From Azolla caroliniana (lineage: Eukaryota; Plantae; Polypodiophyta), in NCBI GenBank assembly GCA_043228905.1, contig JBHGNT010000006.1, positions 19,220,001 through 19,284,000 on the forward strand: a DNA stretch of 64,000 nt, given 5' to 3'. This document shows positions 1-13,000 of the stretch, one piece after another; positions within the stretch are counted from its first letter, which is position 1; every line of letters begins with the position of its first letter. Below the pieces are notes generated by a model. It saw nothing but the letters and a program-made list of their open reading frames with translations, was not told the DNA's origin and made no database searches. The position numbers and the translations under genes were made by a program.

Positions 1-459
1 GAGATAGAAATGCTTTACATTGCAAGAAGATCCGGTATGGCTATGAAGGTGTTTAAAAGGAAGCTCTGGAGAAGAAGAAGGATCGGAAAGTTAACGCCTG
101 GCGATCATTCCTTTCAATCACATGATCATCAAAGGATCCGGTAAGATCCTCAAACAATACACAGAGATCTGCAGACGGCTACAAATGTGCTGTTATACGG
201 ACATAAATATGGAAGCCTGCATTGATGTCACAGATGTATAAAGCTTTGCAGGCGACGAGACGACATGAAGGCCACGAATCAGAAAGTCGACGAGGTATGG
301 AGGAGAGAGAAGGCATCACGAGGTCGCAGCTGGTTCTGCTGTTTCCAGAATCCATGGTTCCGGTACAGCGCACGTTTCCGTTTCGCCTTTCTTCGATTCT
401 GCGCTGCTATTGCGTTTCGCGTTTCGCGTTTCGCGTTTCGCTTTTTGCGTTTTGTCTTT

Positions 460-749
460 TTTCCCTGGTTTTTTGCGTTTTGCTTTTCCCCTGGCCTTCT
501 ACACTTGACCCAAAAGGCTTATTTTAGAATTGTCATCTCTATTTCTATTGTTTTGGAACATGTTAAGAATAGGGAACGCAAGGGTCTCTTTTAATGGTCA
601 CCGTTTTTCCCTTGGTTTTTTTACGTTTTGCTTTTTCCCTGGCCTTCTACACTTGACCCAAAGGCTTATTTGTAGCATTGCCATCTCCATTGTTTTGGAA
701 CATGTTAAGAATAGGGAAAAGCAAGGGTCTCTTTTAATGGTCACCGTTT
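460..749. repeat. ~145-bp tandem duplication (2 copies), preceded by a short TTTCGCG array (~411-441)
   Basis: cctggccttctacacttgaccc...ggaacatgttaagaatagggaa...ggtctcttttaatggtcaccgttt occurs twice back to back (~460-606 and ~607-749). Confidence 0.85.
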
Positions 750-1599
750 ATAAGAAGGCATGCATTAACATATTTCTCTCTACTATTATGTCGTTCATGA
801 TCATATTAGATATCACGCATCACATAGGAAGAAATCGAACCCCATGGACACTTTGATGCATGCCCTTAACTCACTCTAGTCCACCATACACATGATAATG
901 AATGTGGCATTATGCATCATAGCCAACTAGCGAACATGCACAGTAGCCAAGGGATGCTTATGTATTAAGGCTAGGTGGAAATCAATAAGTATGTATTCAA
1001 GCTATGTGGCTTATGTTTACAAAAGTTCTAATATCGTAGAACCGTTATGGTTCAACGTCTCAATCTCTTGATTGACTGAGCCGTTTTCGAACCTGCTCTT
1101 GTATTCTCATGCTTCTTGTTTATATATAAAGACGATTTTTCATTTCCTAATTTGATATTGTTGTTAGCGTCCTCATCGTCCGTTTGAACCCCACTAATTT
1201 ATTTCGAGGAATCTTTTGTTTTTATAACAATTGTGTCCTTAGTTAGCTACCAAGAATACATGCATGTTGTATTAGATCTTGATTGTCGAAGAGAACTTTG
1301 TGACATTAGATAAAGAAAACCAAAGCATGCTTGGAAATTTGAAGTGAATGTCGAGAAGGCACAATACATGATGAGTTAGATGTGTATTGCAATTCAATTG
1401 CTTCACACTTAATATCCAAACTCACAAATATTGAGTTGGGTTAGTTGGAACTTGGAACCTTGATGACAAATATGAGGCTAACATTGTTTGTATCATTACT
1501 AGAGAATAAGTTTTTGTTGAGAATCAAGCTCAACCTAGTCTAGTGTGTGAACCCACCTTTTGAGAATGTATGAGCATTAAAAGGTCAAAAGTCACCACT

Positions 1600-3066
1600 A
1601 CCACGGCTATTGGGGCTACATTCAAGGAGCACAAGAAAACAAACCCGACCCAAAGGACTCCGACTACTCAACATGGGAGCAAGCGGCGAGTCGAGTAATG
1701 TATTGCTTGACGACATGTATCCATGACCACATGCTTGGTTCCATTCGAGAAGCCAAGTCGTTGAAGGAAGCGTGGGAGAATCTAAGGAAGATTTTCGCGG
1801 TCAACACAACCGCAAGAAAGCTTCAACTCCGCCAAGAGTTGAACAACATCCAACAAAGGGATATGTCCATTACAAGCTACACCTTGAAGATCAAGGAGCT
1901 TTGTGACTCACTCGACTCAATAAGCGTCAACGTGGAGGATGATGAGATGGTGTAAATATGCCTAGGCGGCCTCGTACCACGGTTTGGCGTGAAGGGAACA
2001 ATCATCCTAGCAAGGGAGAATACTCCCTCTTTCTTAGATCTTCAATCAATATTGTTGGTTGAAGAAAACCATGTTTGAACAAGTAGCAACGCCTCGGAAG
2101 GCCACATGCTCTACACACACTCGGATAGAGGAAGAGAACGCGATCGAGCAAGAAGAGGCCGATTCGGCCAAGGACGAGGCGGACGAGGTCCAACCTATGA
2201 AAACTACTCATAATTTCGACAAGAAAGCGAAAACAATTGACGAATGTTCGGAAGAAGGGGGAGCTTCCATGCTAGTCCAAGCCGACAAAACTCAATCGAA
2301 TGCGGATATTGCAGCAAAATCGGCCACCACAAAGAAGAGTGCCGAAAGAATAAGCGTAATTCGGCTTCCACTAGCCGAAAACTAACCAATTACGCCACCA
2401 ATTCTGACTATGACGACCATGGAGGAATGTTCGTGATGAGACATAGAGCAAATTCTATGTCGGCTTCTACTTCGACTAGTGCATCTAGTCCGAAAAACGT
2501 ATAGTTTGTCAACTCTGGTGCCTTGAACCATATGACACCTCATCAAGAAGGGTTCTGAGACCTTCGAGATCTGGATCAACTCGGCTACGAGACCAGAGAT
2601 GACACTACTCACGCCATTTGGCATGTCGACAATGTCCCATTCGGGAAAGACGGCGAGCAAACTTATATAAAAAACGTGTTGCATGTACCAATGTACCAAA
2701 CATCATGAAGAATTTGGTCTTAGTTCACCAAATTGTGGAACAAGGCATGCATGTCCAATTCAACCAAGGTGGTTGCTTCATCGAGAAGGAAGGATGACCC
2801 ATCACTCGCAGACAAAGAGAAGGCCGAATGTTCATCCTAGATTTGCACGAGATGAAATTGGCCATGTTTGCAAAAGGCACCAAAGCTGACACCGATATAG
2901 AGCTATGACATCGAAGAATCAACCATATCAACCTCCAAAAGCTCAAGGGGATGCAATCGAAAGGAGTCGTCATCAGGCTCCCAACCTTTAAAGAGAAAGA
3001 GATTGAAGGTGTATGTGAAGGTTGCCAATTTGGCAAACAACATTGGCACCCATTTCCAAAAGAGCG
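1600..3066 (+). pseudogene. Copia A gag, protease, GAG-pre-integrase and integrase Zn finger (degenerate)
   Basis: HGYWGYIQG; gag ARKLQLRQELNNIQQ; Zn knuckle CGYCSKIGHHKEEC; NSGALNHMT; CEGCQFGKQH. Multiple stops and frameshifts. Confidence 0.9.
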
Positions 3067-3721
3067 TGTTGGCCTAAACAGAGTATGACCCAGAGGCGGA
3101 GGTGTGAACTGGAAAGGGATAAAGCCGGATATTAATAATATATTATAGATAATTTAGATTAAGGAAATGACGGATCCAGATAGTCGTTGCGATCTGGATC
3201 CACACCGTTTGTAATTAGGGATCGACAATGGTTTGGTTCTCAAACCTGAACCAAACCAAATCGATACCTAAACCGGTTTGTGAACCGGCTTGGAAAATGG
3301 CTCGAAAACCGATTTGTGAACCAGTTTGGAAACCTCCCTCTCTCTCACATGTGTCTAGTCTCCCTCTCCCTCTCTCTCTCTCTCTCACTCACTCAGATGA
3401 TCCACTATGTAGTATACAAGCTCCCTCCCACTCTCTCTCTCTCTCTCTCTCTCCCCCTCCCTCTGTTTGTAAGTTCACTCCGGTCATCGTTTTCTATTTT
3501 CTATAGCTCGTTGGAAAGCTCTTTCAGAGAGATTTCTAAAGAATGTTCCTTTGCTGAATTCCAATATTGTGGTGAGAAGTTATGAGCATTTTCATCCGCA
3601 ACCGTCTTTACCCCACGGTTCCTCAAACGCAAGGTAGATTTTGAAGCCCTAAATCAAGTGAAAGGTACATTCTCTCTCCCTCCCTCTCTGTCTCTCAATT
3701 CCTGTAGGATTTGTCCCTACA

Positions 3722-4275
3722 ATGGCAAACACTCGTAAAGCCGCCACAAAGTTCGTGGGTATGATTGATAATGAGCCGAGATCACCAACAAATCTCGATT
3801 CCAATGCAATGGACAAAATGCTTATGAGTCACTTGATTTCTCTTCAAGAAACCATAAACAAGAAAGGTGAAGAGATTAGGACGTTAATGAAAGAGAAGGC
3901 TAAGCTCCAAATTATTGTCGTTGAGAATGAAAGTCTTAAGCAAGTGGTTGCAAAACTTCAAGAAGAGATTCAAGAATGTAAAAGAGCTTCTTTCGAAACA
4001 AATGAGCGCCTTAACAAGATTGAGTTAAAGTAAGCATTAAATGAAGAAAAATTGGACACGATGAGGCAGGATGCAAGTGAGATGAAAAATGTATGTACAA
4101 CGAAGTCATGGGCTAATGTATGTGGTGGGGATGTGGTATCAAACTCATCTAATATGCATGTGATGCATCAAGAGAAGAATATAGAAAGCATAGATGTCCG
4201 AGAATTGAAAGAACATGAACGACGATCAAAGAACATTGTCATTCGTGGGATTAAAGAAGAGAGTATGGAAACACC
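3722..4275 (+). pseudogene. LINE ORF1 (coiled coil plus start of RRM-like region), truncated
   Basis: ORFs 3722-4033 and 4052-4324 lie in the same frame, separated by one TAA. Heptad-rich segment and the NIVIRGIKE motif typical of LINE ORF1. Confidence 0.75.
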
Positions 4276-6254
4276 ATTCTTTCACATATGTCTCCATTCT
4301 TTACAATTGAAGATATATGGATAGGACTTAAGAAATTGGCCTCTCAGAAGGCAAGCGATCTTCAAAGTATAAAGGCTGAAATGCTCAAATGGACGGGAAA
4401 GGAAGCAGATGTATGGATAACCGATATGTTTAATGATGCATTGCAACATGGCATGCCGTACGATTGGACTACAAATTGGATCAAACCTTTACATAAAGGT
4501 GGAGATGTAAATAATGTAAAGAACTATCGAAACATCGTGGTTGGCTCATTAATGACAAAATTGTTTGGATGGATAATGGAATCAAAGATAAGTGTATGAG
4601 CTGAAAAAAATGGTAAGAGAGCTTATGGACAAGCTGGCTTTCGAAAACACCATAGCACCATTGATCACCTTGTCACCCTTCGAGTATTAATGGAGGAAAG
4701 TCGTCTTAGAGGTAAAGGTTTATATTGTTGCTTTGTAGACTTCAAGAAAGCTTTTGATATGGTACCTCATGAGCATATTTGGAGGCGAATGGAAGAACTT
4801 GAGGTGCCAAGTGAATATATGCTTGCCATTTCCCGGATTGATGAGAAGGTTATATGTTGTGTGCGCATGAGAGATAAACTTTTAGTTTTTTTCAAAAGCA
4901 CTATTGGTGTTAAGCAAGGATGCCCACTCTCACCAAGACTATTTGGTCTATGCATTGATGAATTGGAAGAAATGGTTACCAAGTTTGCAAAGGAAGAATG
5001 TGTTGAAAAAGTTGCCATTGGGAATGTTGTGATTATGCAGATGATGTAGTGCTTTTTGCAAATACTTTAGGAGATGCACAAAAGCTTATGAAGGCATTGG
5101 GAAAATTTTGCATGCATACTAAATTAAGTGTCAATAGCTCTAAAACAAAGATTATGCTTGTGAAGAGCCAAAAAAGAGATAAACCATGCATTATGTACAA
5201 CAATGAGCCACTTGAATGTGTGGAAAGCTTCAAATATCTTGGCCTTGAAGTTCCTTCCAATCATAGATGGAATGAATGTGTTATAACGCCGCTAAGAGGC
5301 GGGTAAGCGAGCATACTATGCATTTGAGAACACATGCAATCTTGAGATATTAAGTGTTTGGTCCTCAGGAAATATCTTTTCGACACTATGGTGACACCGG
5401 TTCTTCTCTATGGGGTGGAAGTATAGGGCGGTAGCATCCCTAAAACTATGTGGAAAGAGTTTGAAAATGTCCAAAAACATTTTCTTGTAAAGTTTCTACA
5501 AGTTAAGAAACAAACGCCCTACGCCCTCCTTGAGACAGGATCGCTTCCCATTGAGATCACGGCCATGGAAAGGGTTGTTGAATACATGCTTAAGGTTCAA
5601 AAAAGTCCCTCACATCGACTTCCTAGATTTGCATGGGAAGCAAGCAAAAAGATCCAAAAGACGCATAAAAGCAAAATTTTGTGTTCCAATTGGATGCAAG
5701 ATATAGAAAAATGGTTTGTTAGATGAGACGTGAGACACTTGCTTCATGATGCATCATTAGATTCCTCTATAAATGAGACCTTTTTGCAACGCCAATGTAT
5801 CATGATAGGGGACAAATGTGGAGGCTCACGCTTCACACATTATACTACACATGTTGCACCTAACTACAATACCATATTCTTTGAGGAACAGGGAAATCGT
5901 ACACATCGATACATGGTAGAGCCCATACCGTTATTTGCCATGCGAACCATTGCTTCCATGCGACTTAGCTCACATGCATTGTGATGTGAGGCAGGGCATT
6001 GGGGCACAAGTGATGAGAGTGGTCGGCTATGCACATTTTGCCCTAAACAAGTTCGCAAGTCTGAGTATCACACTTTGATACAATGCAGCTCTGCCTTTGA
6101 TCATATTCAACCATGCTTTCCACATCTCTTCGACCGAGCCCAATCCTTGCATGAATTCCTCTCACAACCACAATGTGCACTCTCGATTGCAACATTCATT
6201 AGTAAAGTTCTTGAACATCGAGAGTCACTACTCACTTTCACACGTATCATGTGA
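4276..6254 (+). pseudogene. LINE ORF2 reverse transcriptase plus C-terminal Cys/His motif; endonuclease missing
   Basis: ORF-track pieces 4288-4599, 4690-5049, 5049-5306, 5448-5726 and 5730-5984 carry non-LTR RT motifs. Confidence 0.9.
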
Positions 6255-9200
6255 AATGTAATATTTTTGGTCTCATAGGTCATATTTGACCTCTGAAGAC
6301 GATAATATAATCTATCTATTTATCTATCTATCTCCCTCCTCGTTTATGTAGTCTCCCTCCCTCTCTCCCCCCTCCCCTCTCTCTCAAGTTTCTAACTAAT
6401 TTCTAACTTTCAAGTTTTTCTCTAACCTAACTAGTAAACCACACAAACAGCTTAACCGGTTTGGCAAGGCTGAAACCAAGCCGAACCCAGCTCAAACCAT
6501 TTCGTCAAGCTCAAGCCTAAACCGCGCCAAGCCAAGCCTCTAAGCCACCAAGCCATTTTAAACTGGTTTAGCTTAACAGTTTATGCTTGAGCCGAGCCAT
6601 TGCTGATCCCTATTTGTAATCGGTAGTCGGATGAGGCATCGTTTTCTACTACTTACCGTATGCCGATATAAAGGATCCAGATTGATGTATCTTATATGGA
6701 AGTAATGCAAGTTGAATTAGTAATTGTCTATCTTATTGCATTGCTTGTTATCCCTCTTGTGTACTTGTTGTCTGTGCTATAATTCATTACCTTATGCATG
6801 TAATTGAGTGTTGGATACATTGTAAGTGTTCCGGAAAGTATCCAGATATTGATAAGTGTCTGAGTGAGAATCATAATCCATATCTCCAACCACCCCTTTG
6901 GATACGTATTCCGGAAAGAAATACCTTGTTGCGGTTAGCTCAGCCCAGGATAAACATAGTTTTGGCGACCACAATTTCTACACATAGCAGTGATCGACGA
7001 GGGATGGATGTCTAGGCAGACGAACGACCCAGTGGTTGAACGAGCGAGAAGACTAGTTGAGAGATTGCGGAGGCGGGAAGCTTACCAACATGCGGTAGAA
7101 GAGATCCGGTAGGATCGGCCTTTTCCAAGAGTGCTTCGGCAGGTCGCGGACGAGACAATCCGGATTCAAAATCAACGACACTCAAAAGAAGGAAGCAACC
7201 TTATTAGTCTGATCAATGCCGAATCGGTATTGTAGACTTTAGCAACAGGAACCAGTGATTCGGAAGCCTTTTCACCAATTGAGTCGGGATCGAACAACGA
7301 CGAGCAGAGCGTCCACTCGAATTATAGATCCATACACGATACTCTGGAAGAGCCAAAGGAAGATGGGTCTGAGCACACACCACCCCAGAGTCGGAAACTA
7401 CGACACCAACACCTCCGACAGAACAAATAATTCTGGTTCGAACACCACCGATAGAGGAAGACAATCGAGTGCCGACACCACCAACACAAGAAATCATACC
7501 GGCAACAGAATGTGCCGAAGAAGAAGATACCATGCCGTAGGTGTATCCAAAGTACTAGGATGAGCCGGACGTGGAGGCACCCGTCCGCGCATTTCTATAG
7601 ACGTGGGAGGCCAACCACGTCCCCCAACGGCTGACGAAAGCAGAACCAGAGAGATAAAATATTGCAGAGTTTGAGCTATCATTGGAAGAACCAACTGCAA
7701 GATGGCATGCACCGCATACCCCAGGGAGTTCCGTCACATTCCAAGACCTGCGGGGTAAGTTTCTACGGTTGTTCCATCGGCAAGTGGCGTAAAGAGAGTT
7801 TGTCGGAAGGTTTTACCTACCAAGAAGCACATGAAATAGTACCACAAATTATTATCCGATTTCAGAATCTTGATAGCCAATTGACGCGAGGGCCTCTGGA
7901 AGGTGAAGTCAAAGCAGTATTTCTGGCGGTTCTCCGAGAGCCACTCTGAACCATGTTGGTAGTGTTGGATTTCCAAACAAGTACAATCGATTAGGTCATC
8001 GACCGGGTAATCGACATGGATCCGGCCTAGAACGGTAATCACATGGCGATGGGAGCCCTACAACGTGCACTGCCTAGAGACGAGGACATTTGGTTCTGTC
8101 AGGCAGTCCAACGTATAACGTGCCTTAACCCTTGCCATTCCATCTTGGAATGCACCATGCAGACACAATGTTTGTTGTGCCACTCAATGGCGCATACCAT
8201 GGATCGATGTGAATATAACCTACTGAATTGGCAAGCAGCGCCGATAAGGCAGATAGAGCCCCGATGCGAATGGAAGGCAAGAAGATGATTGGTTCCGGAG
8301 TGAGGACCGATAAGGACCAGAAGGACGGTTCCGGTATGACGACGTCCGAAGAAGTGGTGAATACCCAAGGGACCTATACGACATGGACTACTCTCCGGAA
8401 TATGACCGGAGGAGAGGAGCAGAACGACGATACTCGGGATAGGCAGGGGTACCATAACCAACGCCGCAATCAGAACCATCGATGTGGTAATTATAATCGG
8501 AGAAAGGAACGCCGAGACATGGAACAAGAGTACCGTCAAGGGCCGAATACAAGCAAAACAATAACACATTAGGAGCAACGAAGACCAAAAGAAATCAATC
8601 GGATGACTCTCGGTATGCAACCGACACTCGCAAATAAAGGTGAATCATGCAGGGCCCTGAAAGTATATTGCTATTATTGTTGACAAGAAGGGCACTACAA
8701 AAACCAATGCCCAATCAGGAATAAGGAAAAACAGTCGGCGGTAAATTTGGGGATAGCCAAATTCAAGGACGTGCAACAAGTCACGACCCAGGCGAAGGGG
8801 AAAACTACCGAATGGGAGGCACAAGAAGCGGTCCGAAAAATGGCCATGGAATGGGTGCAATAGACGAATCAACGAAATATCAACAATATGCAGCAAGAAC
8901 ATGCCAAGCAGTTGGATGAAGAAACTGGCATCGCAGAAGAGGACCCATCGTGGTAGGTGCTCACAAAACGCCAAATCATGTTGCCGCTTGGCCGATTACA
9001 ACAATTAGTGGCCCGGTTCACCGAGGGTCTTAAATCAGCACTAGCGCCACTAAAACCAGCAACGGCATCAACGTATTTCACAAACCCAAGTGAAGGGTTG
9101 GTGGTGGTTGACACTATCGTAGTGTAATTTTTATACTACGTGAAAGTTGGGGTTCCCACCCAACTCACACAACGATCCAGCACCGAAAGGCACGACAACG

Positions 9201-10065
9201 CAAACAGTCTAGCAGTGATGATAATTATCAAAGGCAAAGAAGTACTCGACATGATTATCGATGGGAAATCCGGCCTGAACGTAATTAGAAAAAGAACGTG
9301 TGATAAACTAGGGATCTGGGAATGGGAACTATGCCCATTTTGGTTGCGAATGGCAAACACATGCTCGGTCCGGCCGACCGTACTTATGTCGGCGTTGGCT
9401 CTCTGGTCCTTGGCATACATTGTCGATTTCATCTCATAAGAGTCGAGGATGAACATATGACCTTCTCTCTAGTCGTGAGCGATAAGTGGGCCTTCTTTTT
9501 CGATGAAGCATCCGAGTCCATCATTGAAGTGAACTTGCATGCCTTGTTCGACTATCTGGCCAATTGAGACCAAGTTCTTTGTGATTGTAGGAACATGCAA
9601 AATGTTCTTGATGTAGGTTTGGTTGCCTTCTTCCCCAAATGGAACATTGCCGACGTGATTGTAGGAACATGCAAAACGTTCTTGATGTAGGTTTGGTTTC
9701 CTTCTTCCCCAAATGGGACATTGCCGACATGTTGAATGGGGTGGATGTTGTCATCCCAATTTCCACATAGTCAGGTCGTTCGGGCTTTCGTAAATCTCGG
9801 AACCAATCCTCATGAGACGGCATGTGGTTGGATACGCCCGAGTCGACAAACCATACATCTTTTGAGTTGGAGGTGTTGGTTGGGTTGGAGGTTGTCATCG
9901 AGTTAGCTTTGTGCCTCATCACAACATTCCGCCACGATTGTCGTAGTCGGAGTTGAAGGCGTAGTTTGTGAGTTGTCAACTTGTGGAGGCCGACTCACTC
10001 TTCTTTTTGTGACACTTTGCCTCATAGTGGCCAAAATTGCCATAGTATCCGCACTCATGTGAACC

Positions 10066-13000
10066 TGTTGAGAGACAAGCTCAACATCGGCCGGATCGGC
10101 TGAAGAAGCCGAGGTCCGGATCGGTTGGGACCGATCGGTTAGGCCGAGTGCGTAAACCGGGAGGTCGTTAGGAAAGATATTCCGTGAGGAATATATTTGG
10201 GAGTTAGTGTAGGAGCTCTTAATGAGCCTTGAAGTACTGTCAGTACTTCAGTCAGTCCTTCTAGGACTTGTATAAAAGTGTTCACTGAGCATGTCTTATG
10301 TACAGACTGAGTACTATTATTGAATATTTTTGTGTTTCTCTCTCTGTCTCTCCTATGTATGCCGTGTAAGCTCAAGCTCTCCATTAAACCTGAGTTTCCT
10401 CTCATCTGTTCGGTCTTCATACTTGCTTCCGCACGCTACTTTCTACATGGTATCAGAGCGCAAGGGTTGAGAACCTCTCTGCAGCCGACACAGCTTGACG
10501 AAGAAGAACAAGAAGAACGATGGATAGAGGTATGGCAAGCTCGCTTCCAACAGAGAAGCTCGACAGAACCAACTACGCGTCTTGGTCCTACAAGATGCAC
10601 CAGTACCTGCTCGGGCACGGCTACTGGAGTTATGTCGAAGGAGCTAATGACACGACACCCGAATCGACACACAGAGACTTCCCGTCGTGGGAGCAATCGG
10701 CGAGCAGGGTATTGTACTACTTCGCATCGTGTGTGGGCGAACAACTATTGAGCTATGTTCGGGATGCAAAGACGCTGAAGGGTGCGTGAGAAAATCTGAA
10801 GAAGATTTTTGCCACGAGCACCACAGCCAGGAAGCTTCAACTCCGACAGGAGTTGAGCAACCTACGACAACGCGACTTGTCGGTGGCGGACTATACCTCG
10901 AAGATCAAGGATATCTGCGACTCCATAGAGGTGAACATCAAGGAGAGCGAGATGGTCCAGATCTGTCTCGGAGGTTTGGCGTCGAAGTTCGGAGCGTTCC
11001 GAACGGCTGTGTGTACCCGGGAGAATACGCCGTCCTTTTTCGACTTACAGTCGATGCTCCTGGTAGAGGAGAACCACGCGGGTGCGTCGACAAGCATGCA
11101 CACCGACATCAAGATGTTGTACACGGAGGGAGAAAGGCCCCGTGGTCGTGGCGGACGAGGCGAGTCGGTACGCAATGGAAGCGGCCGACGAGATCAAGGA
11201 AGATGGCACCGAAGTGATGCCGACAGCAACTCCGGACCCTCCGAAAATAGGGGGAGTCGAAGCGATGAGAACCGGCAAAGGAAGGCCATCGCCGAGTGCT
11301 GGTACTGTGGCAAGAAAGGCCACAGGGAAAGTGATTGCTGGAAGAAGCGCGCCGATTTGGAGAGAACCGGTTCCGGAAACGGCTCCGGACATACCGACAA
11401 GGGAAATCGGCAACGATCACACTACGCCCAAGACTCTGGGAGAGTCGGAGAAGGGTCTGCCTTCGTGTCGAGACACGAAGCAAACTCAATGAAACAGAGC
11501 ACCCCGAGATCGGACGAGGTGTGGTACGTAGACTCCGGCGCGTCAAACCACATGACGAGCCATAATGAGTGGTTCTCGTACCTTGAAAAACCGATACAAC
11601 CGGGAGTAGTCGCAACAGGAGACGACACTCCGCATCCGATCGCGAATGTCGGAGAAGTTCCCCTTAGCCATGTCGGGCAGAAAGGGAAACTCATGAACGT
11701 GCTGCACATTCCGACAATCACGAAGAACTTGGTCTCGGTCGGACAGATCGTCGACCAAGGGATGGAGGTTCGATTTACACACCTCGGGTGCTTCATTGAG
11801 GAAGAAGGTCGTGTGATTGTGCAAGGGCGCAGAGACGGGAGGATGTTCATCCTCGACTCCACTGACGGCGGCACCGCAATGTTCGCGAAGGGACAAAAGA
11901 CCAAGTCGGACATCGACTTGTGGCACAAGCGGATAGGCCACGTCAACTACCAGCGGCTTCAAGATCTACAAACGAAACAAGTAGTGTTCAGATTGCCCAA
12001 TTTTAGTGGCCGAAAGGCACAAATTTGTGAAGCCTGCCAGCTCGGGAAGCAACACCGACTTCCCTTCCCCAACAAGCGAAACCGGAGCCTGAACAAGCTC
12101 GACCTTATACACTCTGATGTATGGGGGCCGACACAAAACGTTAGTCTTGGCAGGAGCCGATATTTCGTCTCCTTCATCGACGACCACACGTGGATCTACC
12201 TCATTGAGAGGAAGAGCGAAGTCTTCGACTGTTTCCGGGACCTCAAAGGGTTCGTGGAAGCCGAAACGGGATGAAAGATCAAGTGCCTGCGGTCGGATGG
12301 CGGAAAAGAGTACTTTTCCGGTCAATTCAACGGTTATCTACAACAAATGGGAATTCGCCGCGAATTCAGTTGTAGATACACGCCGGAGCAGAACGGCGTG
12401 GCCGAGAGGAAGAATTGGTCAGTTGTGGAAGCGGCACGGGCAATGCTGGAGGAGAAGAGCTTGCCCAAGTTCTATTGGGCCGAGGCGGTAAGGACCGCGG
12501 TATACATCCAGAACCGGATCGGAGACAAAGTGTCGGCGCACGAGCTATATTTCGGAACGAAGCCGAACTTGCGACACTTGAGGGTGTTCGGTAGCATTGC
12601 GTATGTGCATGTACCGAAGGAGAAAAGGAGGAAGTTGGACACAAAGGCCGAGAAGTGCATCTTGGTCGGTTACTCGGACGAGCAGAAGGGTTATAAGTGC
12701 TATAACCGTCAAGCTTCGTCCCGATACGGGAAAGGTATGCGACCCGACGAGGTTCTAACAAATTGTCGGTAGCCTCATATACTTGACCATCACCCGACCT
12801 GACCTCAGTTATCCGGTCGGTGTGATCAGTCAGTTCATGGTGCGACCTACCGAGGAGCACCTTCAGTGTGCGCAACGCGTACTTTGGTACGTAAGTGGCA
12901 CTAAGGACCGCGGACTGCTATATCGGACCGGTGCAACTGCACAGTTAGTTGGCTACACCGATGCTGATTGGGCTGGCAATGTCGTCGATCGATGATCCAC

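Larger units (their letters stand above)
3470..6332 (+). mobile_element. LINE (non-LTR retrotransposon, RTE-X/L2-like), internally deleted
   Basis: ORF1 3722-~4275 (coiled coil, ERRSKNIVIRGIKEE). RT with KPLHKGGDVNNVKNYR, FVDFKKAFD, GVKQGCPLSP, FKYLG. C-terminal RLSSHAL..E.GHW...CTFC...EYHTLIQC. (TCTA)n tail at ~6311-6332. The 5' boundary is approximate. Confidence 0.88.
3216..6612. mobile_element. Non-autonomous hAT-type DNA transposon (MITE) containing a LINE
   Basis: TIRs TAGGGATCGACAATGGTTTGG (3216) and CCGAGCCATTGCTGATCCCTA (ends 6612). Perfect 8-bp TSD TTTGTAAT (3208-3215; 6613-6620). Subterminal AAACC/GAGCC repeats. 8-bp TSD with TAGGG termini is typical of hAT. Confidence 0.9.
3067..9380 (+). 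mobile_element. Element J: 3'-truncated non-chromovirus Gypsy (Tat/Ogre-like): 5' LTR, PBS, gag, protease
   Basis: LTR TG 3067 to CA 6956, interrupted by the hAT element. PBS-like TGGCGACCAC at 6963. Zn-knuckle-like CLLCHSMAHTMDRC and CYYC.QEGHYKNQC. Protease-like VLDMIIDGKSGLNVI at ~9240. No RT or 3' LTR seen. Confidence 0.7.

Noticed and set aside
1-400. Coding-like sequence at the window start
   Set aside because: All frames are interrupted and I could not assign a motif; upstream context is needed.
10058-10065. TG at 10058 as the true start of element C with a TSD
   Set aside because: The 3' LTR has about 120 additional 5' bases, the flanks (actca / tcagt) do not match, and host gag sequence is also missing, indicating a deletion junction.
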